30,154 nt of DNA from an uncultured virus (IMG/VR IMGVR_UViG_3300031720_000001) (IMGVR_UViG_3300031720_000001); one strand, 5' to 3'; numbered from the stretch's first letter, positions 1 to 8,986 are shown. Made by a program: numbers and translations. The notes: generated by a model not told the origin, from the sequence alone.

Positions 1-2
1 CG

Positions 3-870
3 GTCTCGCCGTTCGACACCCTCCTGCAAGGCGTGGTCAACGCCAGCGGCGGCGCGGGCAACGTACTCCGCGGCGACAACACGTGGCAGACCCTCGCCCA
101 GTTCACCGCTGCGTTGAACCTGTTCACCACCACCCTGCAGGGCGTCGTACCGGCGAGCGGGGCCGCCCCCAACTTCCTGCGCGGCGATGCCACATGGTCG
201 ACCATCGCCCAGGTCACTGCCGCCCTGAACGTCTTCACGACGGTCCTGCAGGGCCTCGTACCAGCGAGCGGAGCTGCCGCGAACTTCCTGCGCGGCGACG
301 CGACGTGGTCCACGATCGCCCAGGTCACCGCCGCGTTGGACCTGTTCACCACCACCCTCCGGGGACTGACCAGCCCCAGCGGCGCGGCCGCAAATTTCCT
401 GCGCGGCGACAATACGTGGTCCACGGTCGTCCAGGTCACCGCCGCCCTGAACCTGTTCACGACCACGCTCCAGGGCCTGGTACCCGCCAGCGGCGCGGCC
501 GGCAACGTGCTGCGCGGGAACGCGACGTGGTCGACGATCACCCAACTCACCGCCGCCCTGGATCCGTTCACGACGGCCCTGCAGGGGGTCACGACTGCCA
601 GCACGGCTGCCGCAAACTTCCTGCGCGGCGACAACACGTGGTCCACCGTCGTCCAGGTCACCGCCGCGTTGAACCTGTTCACGACCACGCTCCAGGGCCT
701 GGTACCCGCCAGCGGCGCGGCCGGCAACGTGCTGCGCGGGAACGCGACGTGGTCGACGATCACCCAACTCACCGCCGCCCTGGACGTGTTCACCTCCGTG
801 CTGCAGGGGGTCGTACCCGCCAGCGGCGGCGGGACCGCGAACTTCCTCCGCGCCGATGGCACGTGGGCCG
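3..870 (+). repeat. Intragenic 111-bp (37-aa) tandem repeat array with a 222-bp higher-order unit
   Basis: Unit ~LQGxVPASGAAxNFLRGDxTWSTIxQVTAALxLFTTx; 448-562 is identical to 670-784 (115 bp). Confidence 0.95.
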
Positions 871-1223
871 CGCCCACCTCCGGCGCCGCGGCCATGTTCG
901 ACACCGTGCTCAACCCCGCCACCATCACGTTCGGGGCGGCGTTCGACAACTGGAACCCGGGCGCCTTGGGGCAGAACACGCTCATCCGGTGCACGACCGA
1001 TGGATCGACCCGATCGGTGCGCGGCATGGTCGGCGGCGTCGACGGCAAGGTGGTGTGCCTCGCCAACGTGAACTCCAGCACCGCGGTGGGTGAGTCCTGG
1101 GTGGCGGAGGACGCTGCCGCGACGGCCGCCAACCGGTTCCGGTCGGGGTTCACCAGCGGCGGCTGCCTGTATCGCTACGACGGCACCCTGAGCCGCTGGG
1201 TGCTCATCACGGGCACGCCGTAA
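3..1223 (+). CDS. Tail-fibre/virion-fibre-like repeat protein, 5'-truncated by window edge
   Basis: Frame open from base 3 (VSPFDTLLQGVVNAS...). Eight LR[G/A][D/N]xTW-containing ~37-aa repeats, then a non-repetitive C-terminal domain ending LYRYDGTLSRWVLI. FLRGDGTW-type repeats are typical of phage fibres. Confidence 0.7.
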   Translation, partial: VSPFDTLLQGVVNASGGAGNVLRGDNTWQTLAQFTAALNLFTTTLQGVVPASGAAPNFLRGDATWSTIAQVTAALNVFTTVLQGLVPASGAAANFLRGDATWSTIAQVTAALDLFTTTLRGLTSPSGAAANFLRGDNTWSTVVQVTAALNLFTTTLQGLVPASGAAGNVLRGNATWSTITQLTAALDPFTTALQGVTTASTAAANFLRGDNTWSTVVQVTAALNLFTTTLQGLVPASGAAGNVLRGNATWSTITQLTAALDVFTSVLQGVVPASGGGTANFLRADGTWAAPTSGAAAMFDTVLNPATITFGAAFDNWNPGALGQNTLIRCTTDGSTRSVRGMVGGVDGKVVCLANVNSSTAVGESWVAEDAAATAANRFRSGFTSGGCLYRYDGTLSRWVLITGTP

Positions 1224-1281
1224 ACCGCCGCAGCCCATAGGGGTGGAAATTCAGCGTGAGGCGGATTACCGTATCACGCCG

Positions 1282-1431
1282 ATGCAGATCATCCACCACG
1301 CGCCCGCTGCGCGCGGCGTCAACCAGCTCATGTACGTGGGCGACGTCGCCGAACCGCCAGCGATCCCGGTCGCGGTCAAGATCGCCGTGGTGCTCGCGGT
1401 CGGCTGGCTGGTGCTACGTCGACGGCGATGA
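1282..1431 (+). CDS. Small protein with C-terminal TM helix and RRRR tail (alternative start GTG 1243)
   Basis: MQIIHH...PPAIPVAVKIAVVLAVGWLVLRRRR; ATGA overlap with next gene. Confidence 0.6.
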   Translation: MQIIHHAPAARGVNQLMYVGDVAEPPAIPVAVKIAVVLAVGWLVLRRRR

Positions 1432-1640
1432 CCGACGCGGTCCATAAGACCATGTACGGTCGTCCGTGCGAGAAGTGCGGTGGCGTGCTGCTCGCCCAGT
1501 CCGAACTGCACCTGGAGGCCGGGCGCTACGCCGAACCCGTCCTCAAGACCTGGCTCCAGTGCGAGAACTGCGGCGATGTCACGCCCAACGAGGCGGCGCT
1601 GGCTCCGGCTGCCGGCCGACCAACCGGAGCTCCGAATTGA
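1428..1640 (+). CDS. Small zinc-ribbon protein
   Basis: CEKC...CENC pairs; coupled to flanking genes. Confidence 0.65.
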   Translation: MTDAVHKTMYGRPCEKCGGVLLAQSELHLEAGRYAEPVLKTWLQCENCGDVTPNEAALAPAAGRPTGAPN

Positions 1641-2188
1641 CGCGCCCGTTCATCCGCTACTTCGCGCTCACCGACGACTCCCCCGTCGGGCGCGTGTCGT
1701 TCGAGTACATGCGAGGGCTCCTGCGCATCGGCTCGGTCCGCGTCGCAACGATGGGCGCTGGGCTCTCGGGGCGGTGGGAACCCTTCGCGCGCCTCCTCAT
1801 CACCCCGCTCCCGGCGACCGGGTATGTCAACGTGGTGTGCTGCCTACCCGGGCAGTGGTCGTGGACCCAGCGGGTCCCCATGCCCAACGTGGACGCCCAG
1901 CACCAGGTCACGTCCACCGACTGGGCGACCCACCGCGTCGAGCTCTACACCGCCGGCGTGCGGAACGTGCTCCTGGTCGGGAGCCCGCCTCCGCAAGCCC
2001 CGGCACGGCTCCAGGAGACCCTGTCGACCGCGCTGCGTTATCAGGCCTTCGTGGTACCTACCTTCGAGCTGGGCGAGAAGTGGATGCGGCTGGACTGCCA
2101 CCCCCAGGTGATCCCCGTGCCGATCTTCGACCCCGATGCGCTCCGTGACGTGATCCAGCCCGAGCAAGGAGAGATTCGAGATGGCTAA
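1637..2188 (+). CDS. Glycosyltransferase N-terminal-domain-like protein (TTG start inferred)
   Basis: IRYFALTDDSPVGRVSFEYMRGL and YQAFVVPT parallel IRYYGHVGVPTGFGVAAAEMCMAL and FDHLWVPS of the GT4 at 3380; TTGA overlap. Confidence 0.5.
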   Translation: MTRPFIRYFALTDDSPVGRVSFEYMRGLLRIGSVRVATMGAGLSGRWEPFARLLITPLPATGYVNVVCCLPGQWSWTQRVPMPNVDAQHQVTSTDWATHRVELYTAGVRNVLLVGSPPPQAPARLQETLSTALRYQAFVVPTFELGEKWMRLDCHPQVIPVPIFDPDALRDVIQPEQGEIRDG

Positions 2189-2528
2189 GTTCAGAAAGAA
2201 ACCCGTGGTGATCGAGGCCGTGCAACTGCGATGGACACAGTGGAGCGAGGTGTGCGACCTGCTCGGCGCCGCCTTCCTCGCCGAGAATCCCGGCGGGGCG
2301 ATCCCCCTCACCGCTGACGAAGCCTCCGATACATGCGGGGAAGCGGGGCCCAACTATATCGCCGTCAGGGTTCGCACCGCTCACGGCGACATCGCCGTCG
2401 TGCGACACGGCGACTGGGTCATCCCCGAGAGAGAGCCGGGGAGGTTCTACCCGTGCAAGCCCGACATCTTTGCCGCGACGTACGAGCCCGTCGAGGACGA
2501 AGGAGCGAAAGGAGTCCGCGATGCTTGA
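2181..2528 (+). CDS. Conserved phage protein (PGDYG-like, KKPVVIEA...FYPCKPDIF family)
   Basis: KFRKKPVVIEAVQ, HGDWVI, GRFYPCKPDIFAATYE; AAGGAG RBS. Confidence 0.8.
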   Translation: MAKFRKKPVVIEAVQLRWTQWSEVCDLLGAAFLAENPGGAIPLTADEASDTCGEAGPNYIAVRVRTAHGDIAVVRHGDWVIPEREPGRFYPCKPDIFAATYEPVEDEGAKGVRDA

Positions 2529-3048
2529 ATTGTTCGAGATCTCGATCGTGATCGCTGTGTCCGCCGTGGTCATCGTGTGGGCCTTCGGTATCGGCGCCCG
2601 CGCCTTGGTCCGCTACGGCACTCACCTGGGGCGCACGGACGCCGTGCGCAAGCGCGAGGCAGACATGGCCGCGCTCGGCATTTCACCTACCGACGGCGGC
2701 GTGCTGGGCGACCTGGGCCCGGTGCTGGCGGCCGAGGACCGCAAGCAAGAGACATGGCGGCTGATCGAGAGCACGCGCTGGCGGAATCGCTGGCTGCCCT
2801 GGCGTCGCTTCGCGGCATGGCGAGCCCAGCGCAGCGAGCGCAAAGCGCCGGCGAGTGCCCTCTACCGTGCCCAGCGCGACGAGGCGCTCGAGGACGTCAA
2901 CGAGATGCGCGCCGAGCTCACGCGGGCGTACGGCGAGATGAACGCGCTCCGCCGCGAGAACGCGTTCTTGCGCGGTGATGTGACCGCCGATCCGGAGAAC
3001 GGCAAGCTGTGGCCCGCCGTCAACGGACGGGCCCGGAGCCGCACATGA
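2521..3048 (+). CDS. Hypothetical membrane-anchored coiled-coil protein
   Basis: AAGGAG RBS; N-terminal hydrophobic helix; heptad-like C-terminal region. Confidence 0.65.
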   Translation: MLELFEISIVIAVSAVVIVWAFGIGARALVRYGTHLGRTDAVRKREADMAALGISPTDGGVLGDLGPVLAAEDRKQETWRLIESTRWRNRWLPWRRFAAWRAQRSERKAPASALYRAQRDEALEDVNEMRAELTRAYGEMNALRRENAFLRGDVTADPENGKLWPAVNGRARSRT

Positions 3049-3374
3049 TGCCCAGCATGGGGGGAATCGTGTTCTACCACTTCGAGCACATTCTCGAGGA
3101 TGGCACCGCCGTGCTACAAGCACGGCCCGCAATCGTGGTCGACGCGAACACAGACGGGGTCTGCGAGCTCCACGTATTCTTCTCGATCGGCGATCGGGCC
3201 TTCTCCCAGGCGAGCCTCGGCCCCGACGACGCCGACCGGACCCGCTACAGGCTCGATGTCCAACCCCACCTGGAGCACGCGGGCGAGATCGGTCGGGTCG
3301 AGCGCAAACCTCCAATGCCGAACACGTGGTCATGGCCTCCTTGGGGCACGTGGCCGCGGCTCCCCCGGCTGTAG
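3045..3374 (+). CDS. Conserved phage hypothetical (PS.GRIVHY...PAIV...W.WPP-like)
   Basis: MPSMGGIVFY, RPAIVV, LHVF, TWSWPP; ATGA overlap. Confidence 0.7.
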   Translation: MMPSMGGIVFYHFEHILEDGTAVLQARPAIVVDANTDGVCELHVFFSIGDRAFSQASLGPDDADRTRYRLDVQPHLEHAGEIGRVERKPPMPNTWSWPPWGTWPRLPRL

Positions 3375-3379
3375 GTGCC

Positions 3380-4546
3380 ATGAAGATCCGGTACTACGGC
3401 CACGTCGGCGTGCCCACGGGGTTCGGGGTCGCGGCGGCCGAGATGTGCATGGCGCTCCTGGCCGCCGGTCACGAGCTCGAGATCTCCACCGACGGCAAGG
3501 CATGCCACCCCAAGTACTTGCCACTGGCAAGATGCTTCCGGAACGAGGTAGACCTCGGCACCCCCGATGTCGTGGTGGTGCATACCCTACCGCTCGACTG
3601 CGCGAAGTTCCTGGCCGAGCGCAGGATCCGCGAGCTCTACCCCGATGCCCTGTGCGTCGCCTACACCACCTGGGAGGGCGCTTCGAAGGTCCCGGCCGAC
3701 GTCGACACCGCGTTCCGGGCGTTCGATCACCTGTGGGTTCCCAGCACGGTGACCCGCCGGGCCTGCCTAGTCCCGCCCGAGACCTTGCGGCCTATCCTCG
3801 TGGTTCCGCACCCGTTCGATGAGGCGCTGTGGACCCCGGAGCCCCCGGCGCTGCCGCCCCGGTCGCCGTACCGGTTCTACTACGTGGGGGCCTGGACAGC
3901 GCGAAAGAACGTTGAAGGCGTGATCCGGGCGTACCTGCGGACGTTCCAGGCCAGCGAGGATGTCGAGCTGGTGCTCCAGTCGTCCGCCGCGGGCCCGTCG
4001 GTAGCCGAGGTCGCGATCTTGGCAACCGGGTTGGCGGATGGTCCGCTGCCCTGCATCCGGTTCTCGAACCGGCGGATGACCGATGAGGAGATCTGGACGC
4101 TCCACCGGGAGTGCCACTGCTTTGTGACCGCGACCCGGGGGGAGGCCTGGAACCTGCCTGCGTTCGATGCGCTCCTGGCGCGCCGTCACGTGATCGCGCC
4201 GGCGGGGATGGGTCACGGGGACTTTCTCCGCGACACCTCTGCCAGCCTGTTTCGGGGCCACCTGGTGCCCGCGTTCGGGGATGTCCAACTGGTCGACGCG
4301 CCGGACGCGCCCCCCGGTCACGCCGTCGCGCATTACCTGGCCACGCAGGGCCTGACCGTCCGGTGTGACTGGTGCGAGCCCGATCTGATCGAGATGGGGA
4401 TCCACATGCGGCGCGCGTACGAGGATCACCTCGACGCCCCCGATCCCGGGAACACGTTGTGGGTCACCTACGACCCCCGGGAGCGGTTCGGCCGCCGCGC
4501 AGTCGGGCGCTACATCACACAGATCTTGGAAGGAGCTCGGCAATGA
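3380..4546 (+). CDS. Glycosyltransferase, GT-B fold (GT4-like)
   Basis: TGFGVAA, YTTWE, FDHLWVPS, FYYVGAWTARKNVEGVIRAY, TRGEAWNLPAFDA (EX7D/E), WCEPD. Confidence 0.9.
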   Translation: MKIRYYGHVGVPTGFGVAAAEMCMALLAAGHELEISTDGKACHPKYLPLARCFRNEVDLGTPDVVVVHTLPLDCAKFLAERRIRELYPDALCVAYTTWEGASKVPADVDTAFRAFDHLWVPSTVTRRACLVPPETLRPILVVPHPFDEALWTPEPPALPPRSPYRFYYVGAWTARKNVEGVIRAYLRTFQASEDVELVLQSSAAGPSVAEVAILATGLADGPLPCIRFSNRRMTDEEIWTLHRECHCFVTATRGEAWNLPAFDALLARRHVIAPAGMGHGDFLRDTSASLFRGHLVPAFGDVQLVDAPDAPPGHAVAHYLATQGLTVRCDWCEPDLIEMGIHMRRAYEDHLDAPDPGNTLWVTYDPRERFGRRAVGRYITQILEGARQ

Positions 4547-4848
4547 GCACGGATTCACGCATGTATCAACTCGTCCAGCGCCTGCTCCGGGAGGCGCCGA
4601 CCGTCGGCAGCGGGCAGACCCCCGCGGTCGAGGCGGTCGTGATGTTCACGAACGGGCACACGGTCCGCGGCGCGCTGTCGGTCACCCCGGAGGGCCTGTT
4701 GCGCCTGCTCTCGCCGGGCAATGACGCCAACGGGCGCCCGCTCCTGGTCGAGCAGTTCTTCGACTATGACGCGGTGATGGTGGTCGCGCTGACCCGCGAG
4801 ATCACGACCGAGGCCCGGCGGATCGTGGTCCCGTCGATCACGTCCTGA
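4543..4848 (+). CDS. Hypothetical protein
   Basis: GAAGGAG RBS, ATGA overlap, GC3-rich codons. Confidence 0.7.
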   Translation: MSTDSRMYQLVQRLLREAPTVGSGQTPAVEAVVMFTNGHTVRGALSVTPEGLLRLLSPGNDANGRPLLVEQFFDYDAVMVVALTREITTEARRIVVPSITS

Positions 4849-4888
4849 TCACCGCAGGAAGTCGCCACGGCTGGCGATAGGATACGTT

Positions 4889-5662
4889 ATGGCGCGCAGA
4901 TCGCGGCAACCGTTGGTGAGGAACCCTGCGTGGACGACCGCAGCGGTGGTTTCTGCGTGGGATCTTATTAAGGACTCGGTGAATCCCGCGTGGCTGCCGC
5001 TCCTGGATGACGTGAACATTGCTCGGGAGGATCGTGTCTCCGGCCACGTGCAGGAGTATGGGTGCGGCGCCCACGGCTGCGTGTTTCCGACGCACGAGAC
5101 ATCGGTCGTGCTGAAGGTAACGACGGATGCGACCGAGGTCGAGTTCGCCCAAAACATCGCGCCCCACCTCGTGTCGCCGATCACGGTCATCTACCACACG
5201 GTAATCTCTCTCAACCAGGTTCGACAGGGCCACCGCGTGTACTTGCTGTGGCGCGAGTCGGCCTACAAAGTCGGTGAGATGGAACGAGTGCTGGGCGCTG
5301 GCGCTGCGGCACTCATCAACGCGCAGCACAACGTCGCAAAGGCGGCCTATTCCGCCATGCACCACTACGACAATTCCAAGCGGAGGGGCCGGGACAAGAA
5401 TGCCGACATCTTTCTTCAGCGGGTGCGGATGCTGCTGTCCTCATGGCTCGACGAGTGTGCGCGGATGGTGGACCAAGGGAAGTACCCGCAACTCAGAGCA
5501 CTCGGCCATGGGTTCATCGTGTGCTTCGAGCAGCAGCGTGTGTTCTTCGGGGACGTCCACGACGGTAACGTGGGGCTCGTGCATCGCGCGGATGGCGGTC
5601 ACTGGGTGGTCACCGATCCAGGGCACACCACGATTGTGCCGCCCGAGTTCGACGTCGACTAG
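4889..5662 (+). CDS. Protein-kinase-like / phosphotransferase-fold protein
   Basis: Gly loop YGCGAHGCVF, VLKVT lysine, catalytic GDVHDGNV, VTDPG (DFG equivalent), in canonical order. Confidence 0.8.
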   Translation: MARRSRQPLVRNPAWTTAAVVSAWDLIKDSVNPAWLPLLDDVNIAREDRVSGHVQEYGCGAHGCVFPTHETSVVLKVTTDATEVEFAQNIAPHLVSPITVIYHTVISLNQVRQGHRVYLLWRESAYKVGEMERVLGAGAAALINAQHNVAKAAYSAMHHYDNSKRRGRDKNADIFLQRVRMLLSSWLDECARMVDQGKYPQLRALGHGFIVCFEQQRVFFGDVHDGNVGLVHRADGGHWVVTDPGHTTIVPPEFDVD

Positions 5663-5722
5663 CTCCTGATCACCGCCTCGAACGTCGGGCCCTCGGCGCA
5701 CTGCGATCGGCGACGCGGCGCC

Positions 5723-5959
5723 TCATGGCAGATACCCTCCGCAGTCCGGACACTCGCTGTGGCTGTAGCCACCGCCGGCGTAGCCGGGGTCGTAGCGGGC
5801 TGCCTTTTGGGGGTGAGGACACATCGCCTCGTTCGCCTTCTGTAGCCCTTCGAGAGCCTTTATGGCGCCCTGGTATGCTGCGCGCGCCTCTTGGATGGTG
5901 TCTCGGTTGTGCTTCACAGCGGCCGGCGTGAAGTCCAGATCTGGCAGCTGGATCCTCAT
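5723..5959 (-). CDS. Small hypothetical with C-terminal CPH...CPDC zinc motif
   Basis: MRIQLPDLD... starts just after the upstream TAG; GGAGGG RBS. Confidence 0.65.
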   Translation of the reverse strand: MRIQLPDLDFTPAAVKHNRDTIQEARAAYQGAIKALEGLQKANEAMCPHPQKAARYDPGYAGGGYSHSECPDCGGYLP

Positions 5960-5960
5960 G

Positions 5961-6311
5961 CTAGCCCTCCGGCTCGAACACGTCATCGGCGATCGCGCCG
6001 ACCACGTGGGGTTCGAGTACGCGGGCGAGCTCGTCGACGCGGCCGGCGAGCCAAGCCTGGTAGGCCTCCTCCGGATCTGCGGCGTGCTCCTTGATCTCGT
6101 CGTCGTGGTCGGCCAGCCAGGTCCTCTTGACCCGCGCGGAGAGCGCCTGCGCAGTCGTCTGGCAGGCCGCCACGATCGCGTCGGTCACCGAGGCGTCGTC
6201 CGCATCGAGGATGGTCTTGGCCACCTGTGCGGGGTCGATGTCGTGGCGGAGCCGGCGTTCCTCACGGCCCAGCAGATAAAAGCACCAGTACTTCCGCTTG
6301 ATTCTCGGCAT
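5961..6311 (-). CDS. Hypothetical protein
   Basis: MPRIKRKYW... preceded by GAGGGAG RBS. Confidence 0.7.
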   Translation of the reverse strand: MPRIKRKYWCFYLLGREERRLRHDIDPAQVAKTILDADDASVTDAIVAACQTTAQALSARVKRTWLADHDDEIKEHAADPEEAYQAWLAGRVDELARVLEPHVVGAIADDVFEPEG

Positions 6312-6325
6312 CCGATCTCTCCCTC

Positions 6326-6352
6326 TTGACGTCTCGTATACGGCGGTATACA
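6326..6352 (+). promoter_or_regulatory. Putative promoter/operator in divergent intergenic region
   Basis: TTGACG (6326-6331) and two GTATAC palindromes (6336-6341, 6346-6351) between divergent starts 6311 and 6366. Confidence 0.5.
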
Positions 6353-6365
6353 TCTTGGGTCGGTC

Positions 6366-6551
6366 ATGGGTCGAGCAAAAACAACGCAGCCCGATCCCAT
6401 CGAGCCGCGGGATTTGAGCGAGGTCATCCCAGCCCGGGTGTCGGCCCGGGTCAAGCACTTGGTGCGCCTGCGCGCGCGGCGCGCCGGGGTCTCGCCCTCG
6501 ATCTGGGTCCGATGGATCATCTACGAGGCCCTAGGGCTCAATAAGGAGTGA
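6366..6551 (+). CDS. Ribbon-helix-helix (CopG/Arc-like) DNA-binding protein
   Basis: VIPARVS...LVRLRARRAGVSPSIWVRWIIYEAL fits the RHH pattern. Confidence 0.65.
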   Translation: MGRAKTTQPDPIEPRDLSEVIPARVSARVKHLVRLRARRAGVSPSIWVRWIIYEALGLNKE

Positions 6552-6555
6552 GCGT

Positions 6556-6867
6556 ATGCCACGTCAAGCCCCGACGGTACAGGGTCCCGTGCACCAGGTC
6601 CCGTGCCCGCACTGTGGTCGCCCCAATGACATGCGGGAGATCGACGCCCAGAACCTGCTCGACACCGGTTCGGAGTTCCAGTGCGGTCCAGTCGATGGCC
6701 AGCCCAACACCGGCCACTGCGGGCGGCTGTTTCAGATCGTCGGGATTCGCACCATCAAGCACGTGGTGGTGACGCCGATCCACAAGTCGCCGCGTCAGGG
6801 GCTGCCGGCCGCCGCGCCCGCGCGCGCCGTGAGCCCGGGCTTTTTGCAGAAGCTCCTAAGGAAGTGA
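6556..6867 (+). CDS. Zinc-ribbon hypothetical protein
   Basis: CPHC...QC...HCG; TAAGGAG RBS. Confidence 0.7.
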   Translation: MPRQAPTVQGPVHQVPCPHCGRPNDMREIDAQNLLDTGSEFQCGPVDGQPNTGHCGRLFQIVGIRTIKHVVVTPIHKSPRQGLPAAAPARAVSPGFLQKLLRK

Positions 6868-6872
6868 AAGCC

Positions 6873-7121
6873 ATGGAACACTCCATCATCGTCGCGTTGG
6901 TATCCGGTTGGGTCGCTCCGATTGCAATGAGCGCATTTGTGATCAGCGCGATCAGGTTCTCGTGGCGAGCCGTCCGGTCCGATGGCCGAACGTTCTGGCG
7001 CTCGGTGGTGGTGGCGCCCGTGATCGCGGTGCTGGCCGTGATCGCGGTACCGGTGTGGGCCGCCGAGCAGACGGTGGTGGGCCTCCTGCAGGGTAGGCGC
7101 CCATCAAGGCCCAAGACATGA
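6873..7121 (+). CDS. Small two-TM membrane protein
   Basis: MEHSIIVALV...; two hydrophobic segments; ATGA overlap downstream. Confidence 0.6.
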   Translation: MEHSIIVALVSGWVAPIAMSAFVISAIRFSWRAVRSDGRTFWRSVVVAPVIAVLAVIAVPVWAAEQTVVGLLQGRRPSRPKT

Positions 7122-7345
7122 AGGAAGTGAGTGCCGCCGCTCGCGCCGTACTTGACGAGGCGTCACGCAGGTGCGGCGGTGACAAGTCGGCGGTGTGCGG
7201 CCTCCTCTTCGAGGTCGTGCTGGAGTTTGTGCTCGCGTCCCCCAACCCAGAGCGTGTTCTCGCCGCCTTCATCGAGTCCCTGCAGGGCGCCTTGCAGGCG
7301 GGGCGCGCTGCGGTGGCGGCGGCCAAGGCCAAGGAGACCGTGTGA
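7118..7345 (+). CDS. Hypothetical protein
   Basis: Coupled to neighbours by overlaps. Confidence 0.6.
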   Translation: MKEVSAAARAVLDEASRRCGGDKSAVCGLLFEVVLEFVLASPNPERVLAAFIESLQGALQAGRAAVAAAKAKETV

Positions 7346-7617
7346 TGAAGACCGATACCGAGGTGCAGTACCACGTGACGCTCAAGCATCCGATGAGCAT
7401 CAAGATCTCCGATGCCACCGAGCTCATCCGTGCCTTCGATGCCGTGTTAGACGCGGATGTCTCGCCGGTGATGCCGTCCGCGTTCGAGTTCAAGACCGAC
7501 ATGCTCTATCGCGCGTATTCGGCGGAAGGGACCAAGGAGTTCGCGATGAAGACGACCCTCCACATCCCGGCCGACAACATCGCGGGGGTCATCGCCCAGC
7601 CGTTCAAGGAGCGCTGA
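7345..7617 (+). CDS. Hypothetical protein
   Basis: MKTDTEVQY...; AAGGAG RBS; TGATG overlaps at both ends. Confidence 0.7.
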   Translation: MKTDTEVQYHVTLKHPMSIKISDATELIRAFDAVLDADVSPVMPSAFEFKTDMLYRAYSAEGTKEFAMKTTLHIPADNIAGVIAQPFKER

Positions 7618-7784
7618 TGAAGTGCAGCAAGTGCCATCGCAACCTCGTGGTCGCCGGACACAGAACGAAGGAATATCGCGACGACCACGGTCACGTGTAC
7701 AAGACGCGTCGATCGCCAGTCTACAAGAAGTGCCCGTGCCGCGCTGAGCGCCCAATCCAAAACCACGCGGACTCTGGGCAGTGA
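7617..7784 (+). CDS. Small basic Cys-containing protein
   Basis: MKCSKC...KKCPC; AAGGAG RBS; GTGA overlap. Confidence 0.6.
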   Translation: MKCSKCHRNLVVAGHRTKEYRDDHGHVYKTRRSPVYKKCPCRAERPIQNHADSGQ

Positions 7785-8551
7785 CCACGGAGGTGATCAT
7801 CCTGGCGCAGGGCACCCAGAAGCGGATGGGCCCGGGCGCCTGCTACAAGCAGCTCCTGCCGCTGCCGGCGTGCAATGGCGTCCCGATTCTCGTCCGGACC
7901 CTGATCCAACTTGGGGTACGGAGACTCTCGGTGACCATCGTGACGTGGAGCCCCATCATGCGCGCCATGGACGTGCCGTACGCGGAGATTGAACCATGGC
8001 GGGCTATTCTCCGTGCCCGTCCTCTCCCGAACGTGCACCACGTCGAGCTCGAGACGCCCGGGAATTCGTCGCTCAAGGGCATCTCCCGCTACCTCGAGCT
8101 CCGGGGCACGGAGCACCGGTTCAACACCATCGTGCTCCTGGGCGATGTCGTCTACTCCTGGAAGTGCCTGGACGCGCTCTTTGCCCTGTCGGCGACCTCG
8201 GGCTTCGTGGGCTCGAGGGACGTGTCCGAGAGCACGGGCGAGCTCTGGGGCCTAGCCTGGGCCCACAACCAGGAACCGCGGATGCTGGACGACCTCCGCG
8301 ACGCGGTCCTGCGCCACCCACCGTTCGAGGACGAGTACCAACCCGGGCAACTCCGCCGCTGGATTACCGGCATGCGCCGCGGCGAGCTCGCCCTCCACGT
8401 CGCCAGCCTCACCCACAAGGGCCGCTACATCGCCATCGATGACTACACGATGGACGTCGACGTGCCAAGCCACATCCCCAAGCTGGGCCCGGCTTCTGTG
8501 GCCGCCGCCGCAGACGACGCCCTCCACGACCTCACCTGGGAGACCCCATGA
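7781..8551 (+). CDS. Nucleotidyltransferase-like (NTP_transferase/GT-A fold) protein
   Basis: VIILAQGTQKRMG...KQLLPL...GVPILVRT, IVLLGDVVYS, MDVDVP. Confidence 0.8.
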   Translation: MTTEVIILAQGTQKRMGPGACYKQLLPLPACNGVPILVRTLIQLGVRRLSVTIVTWSPIMRAMDVPYAEIEPWRAILRARPLPNVHHVELETPGNSSLKGISRYLELRGTEHRFNTIVLLGDVVYSWKCLDALFALSATSGFVGSRDVSESTGELWGLAWAHNQEPRMLDDLRDAVLRHPPFEDEYQPGQLRRWITGMRRGELALHVASLTHKGRYIAIDDYTMDVDVPSHIPKLGPASVAAAADDALHDLTWETP

Positions 8552-8784
8552 TCGTAGCGGGCAATGCCGAGATCCGCCGGCTCCGGAACCACCGCCTGAC
8601 GCTGTTCTTCATCGTGGCGCTCAACGGAGCCGCCCTGATCTGGGACGACCACGGGGCCATGTTCGTGGTGCTGTGTGCCAACGCGATCGTGTGGGCCTCG
8701 ATGTGCCATGAGGCGCATCGCGAGCTGGCGCAGATCCTGAGCCCCGTCGAGGAGCCGGTCAAGGCGCCCCTCGATCGCCAGTAG
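8548..8784 (+). CDS. Small two-TM membrane protein
   Basis: GGGAG RBS; two hydrophobic stretches. Confidence 0.6.
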   Translation: MIVAGNAEIRRLRNHRLTLFFIVALNGAALIWDDHGAMFVVLCANAIVWASMCHEAHRELAQILSPVEEPVKAPLDRQ

Positions 8785-8986
8785 GTTTCCGATCACCCAC
8801 CCAGGAGGCATGCATGGACTGACAGGCCAAAGACCACACCGAGAGAACAACCGTGGCGGCACGGCGCCAAGGCACAAAAATCCGTGCGTTATGGGTCTGG
8901 GTTCCTCGTCGTCCATAGCGGACCCCATAAATGCAACTGGACGGTGCTGATCAGCGGCACGCGATGTACCACTGCTGACCGCTCTT

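Noticed and set aside
3..870. Repeat array as CRISPR or DGR template/variable repeat
   Set aside because: Units are in-frame 111-bp coding repeats without unique spacers; differences are not adenine-specific; no cas or reverse transcriptase in the window.
83..1093. 336-aa alternative-frame ORF, and similar long Arg/Pro-rich ORFs (e.g. 23489-24799, 25084-26172, 21111-22118, 13091-14023)
   Set aside because: Off-frame or antisense shadows of genes with recognisable motifs or better codon pattern.
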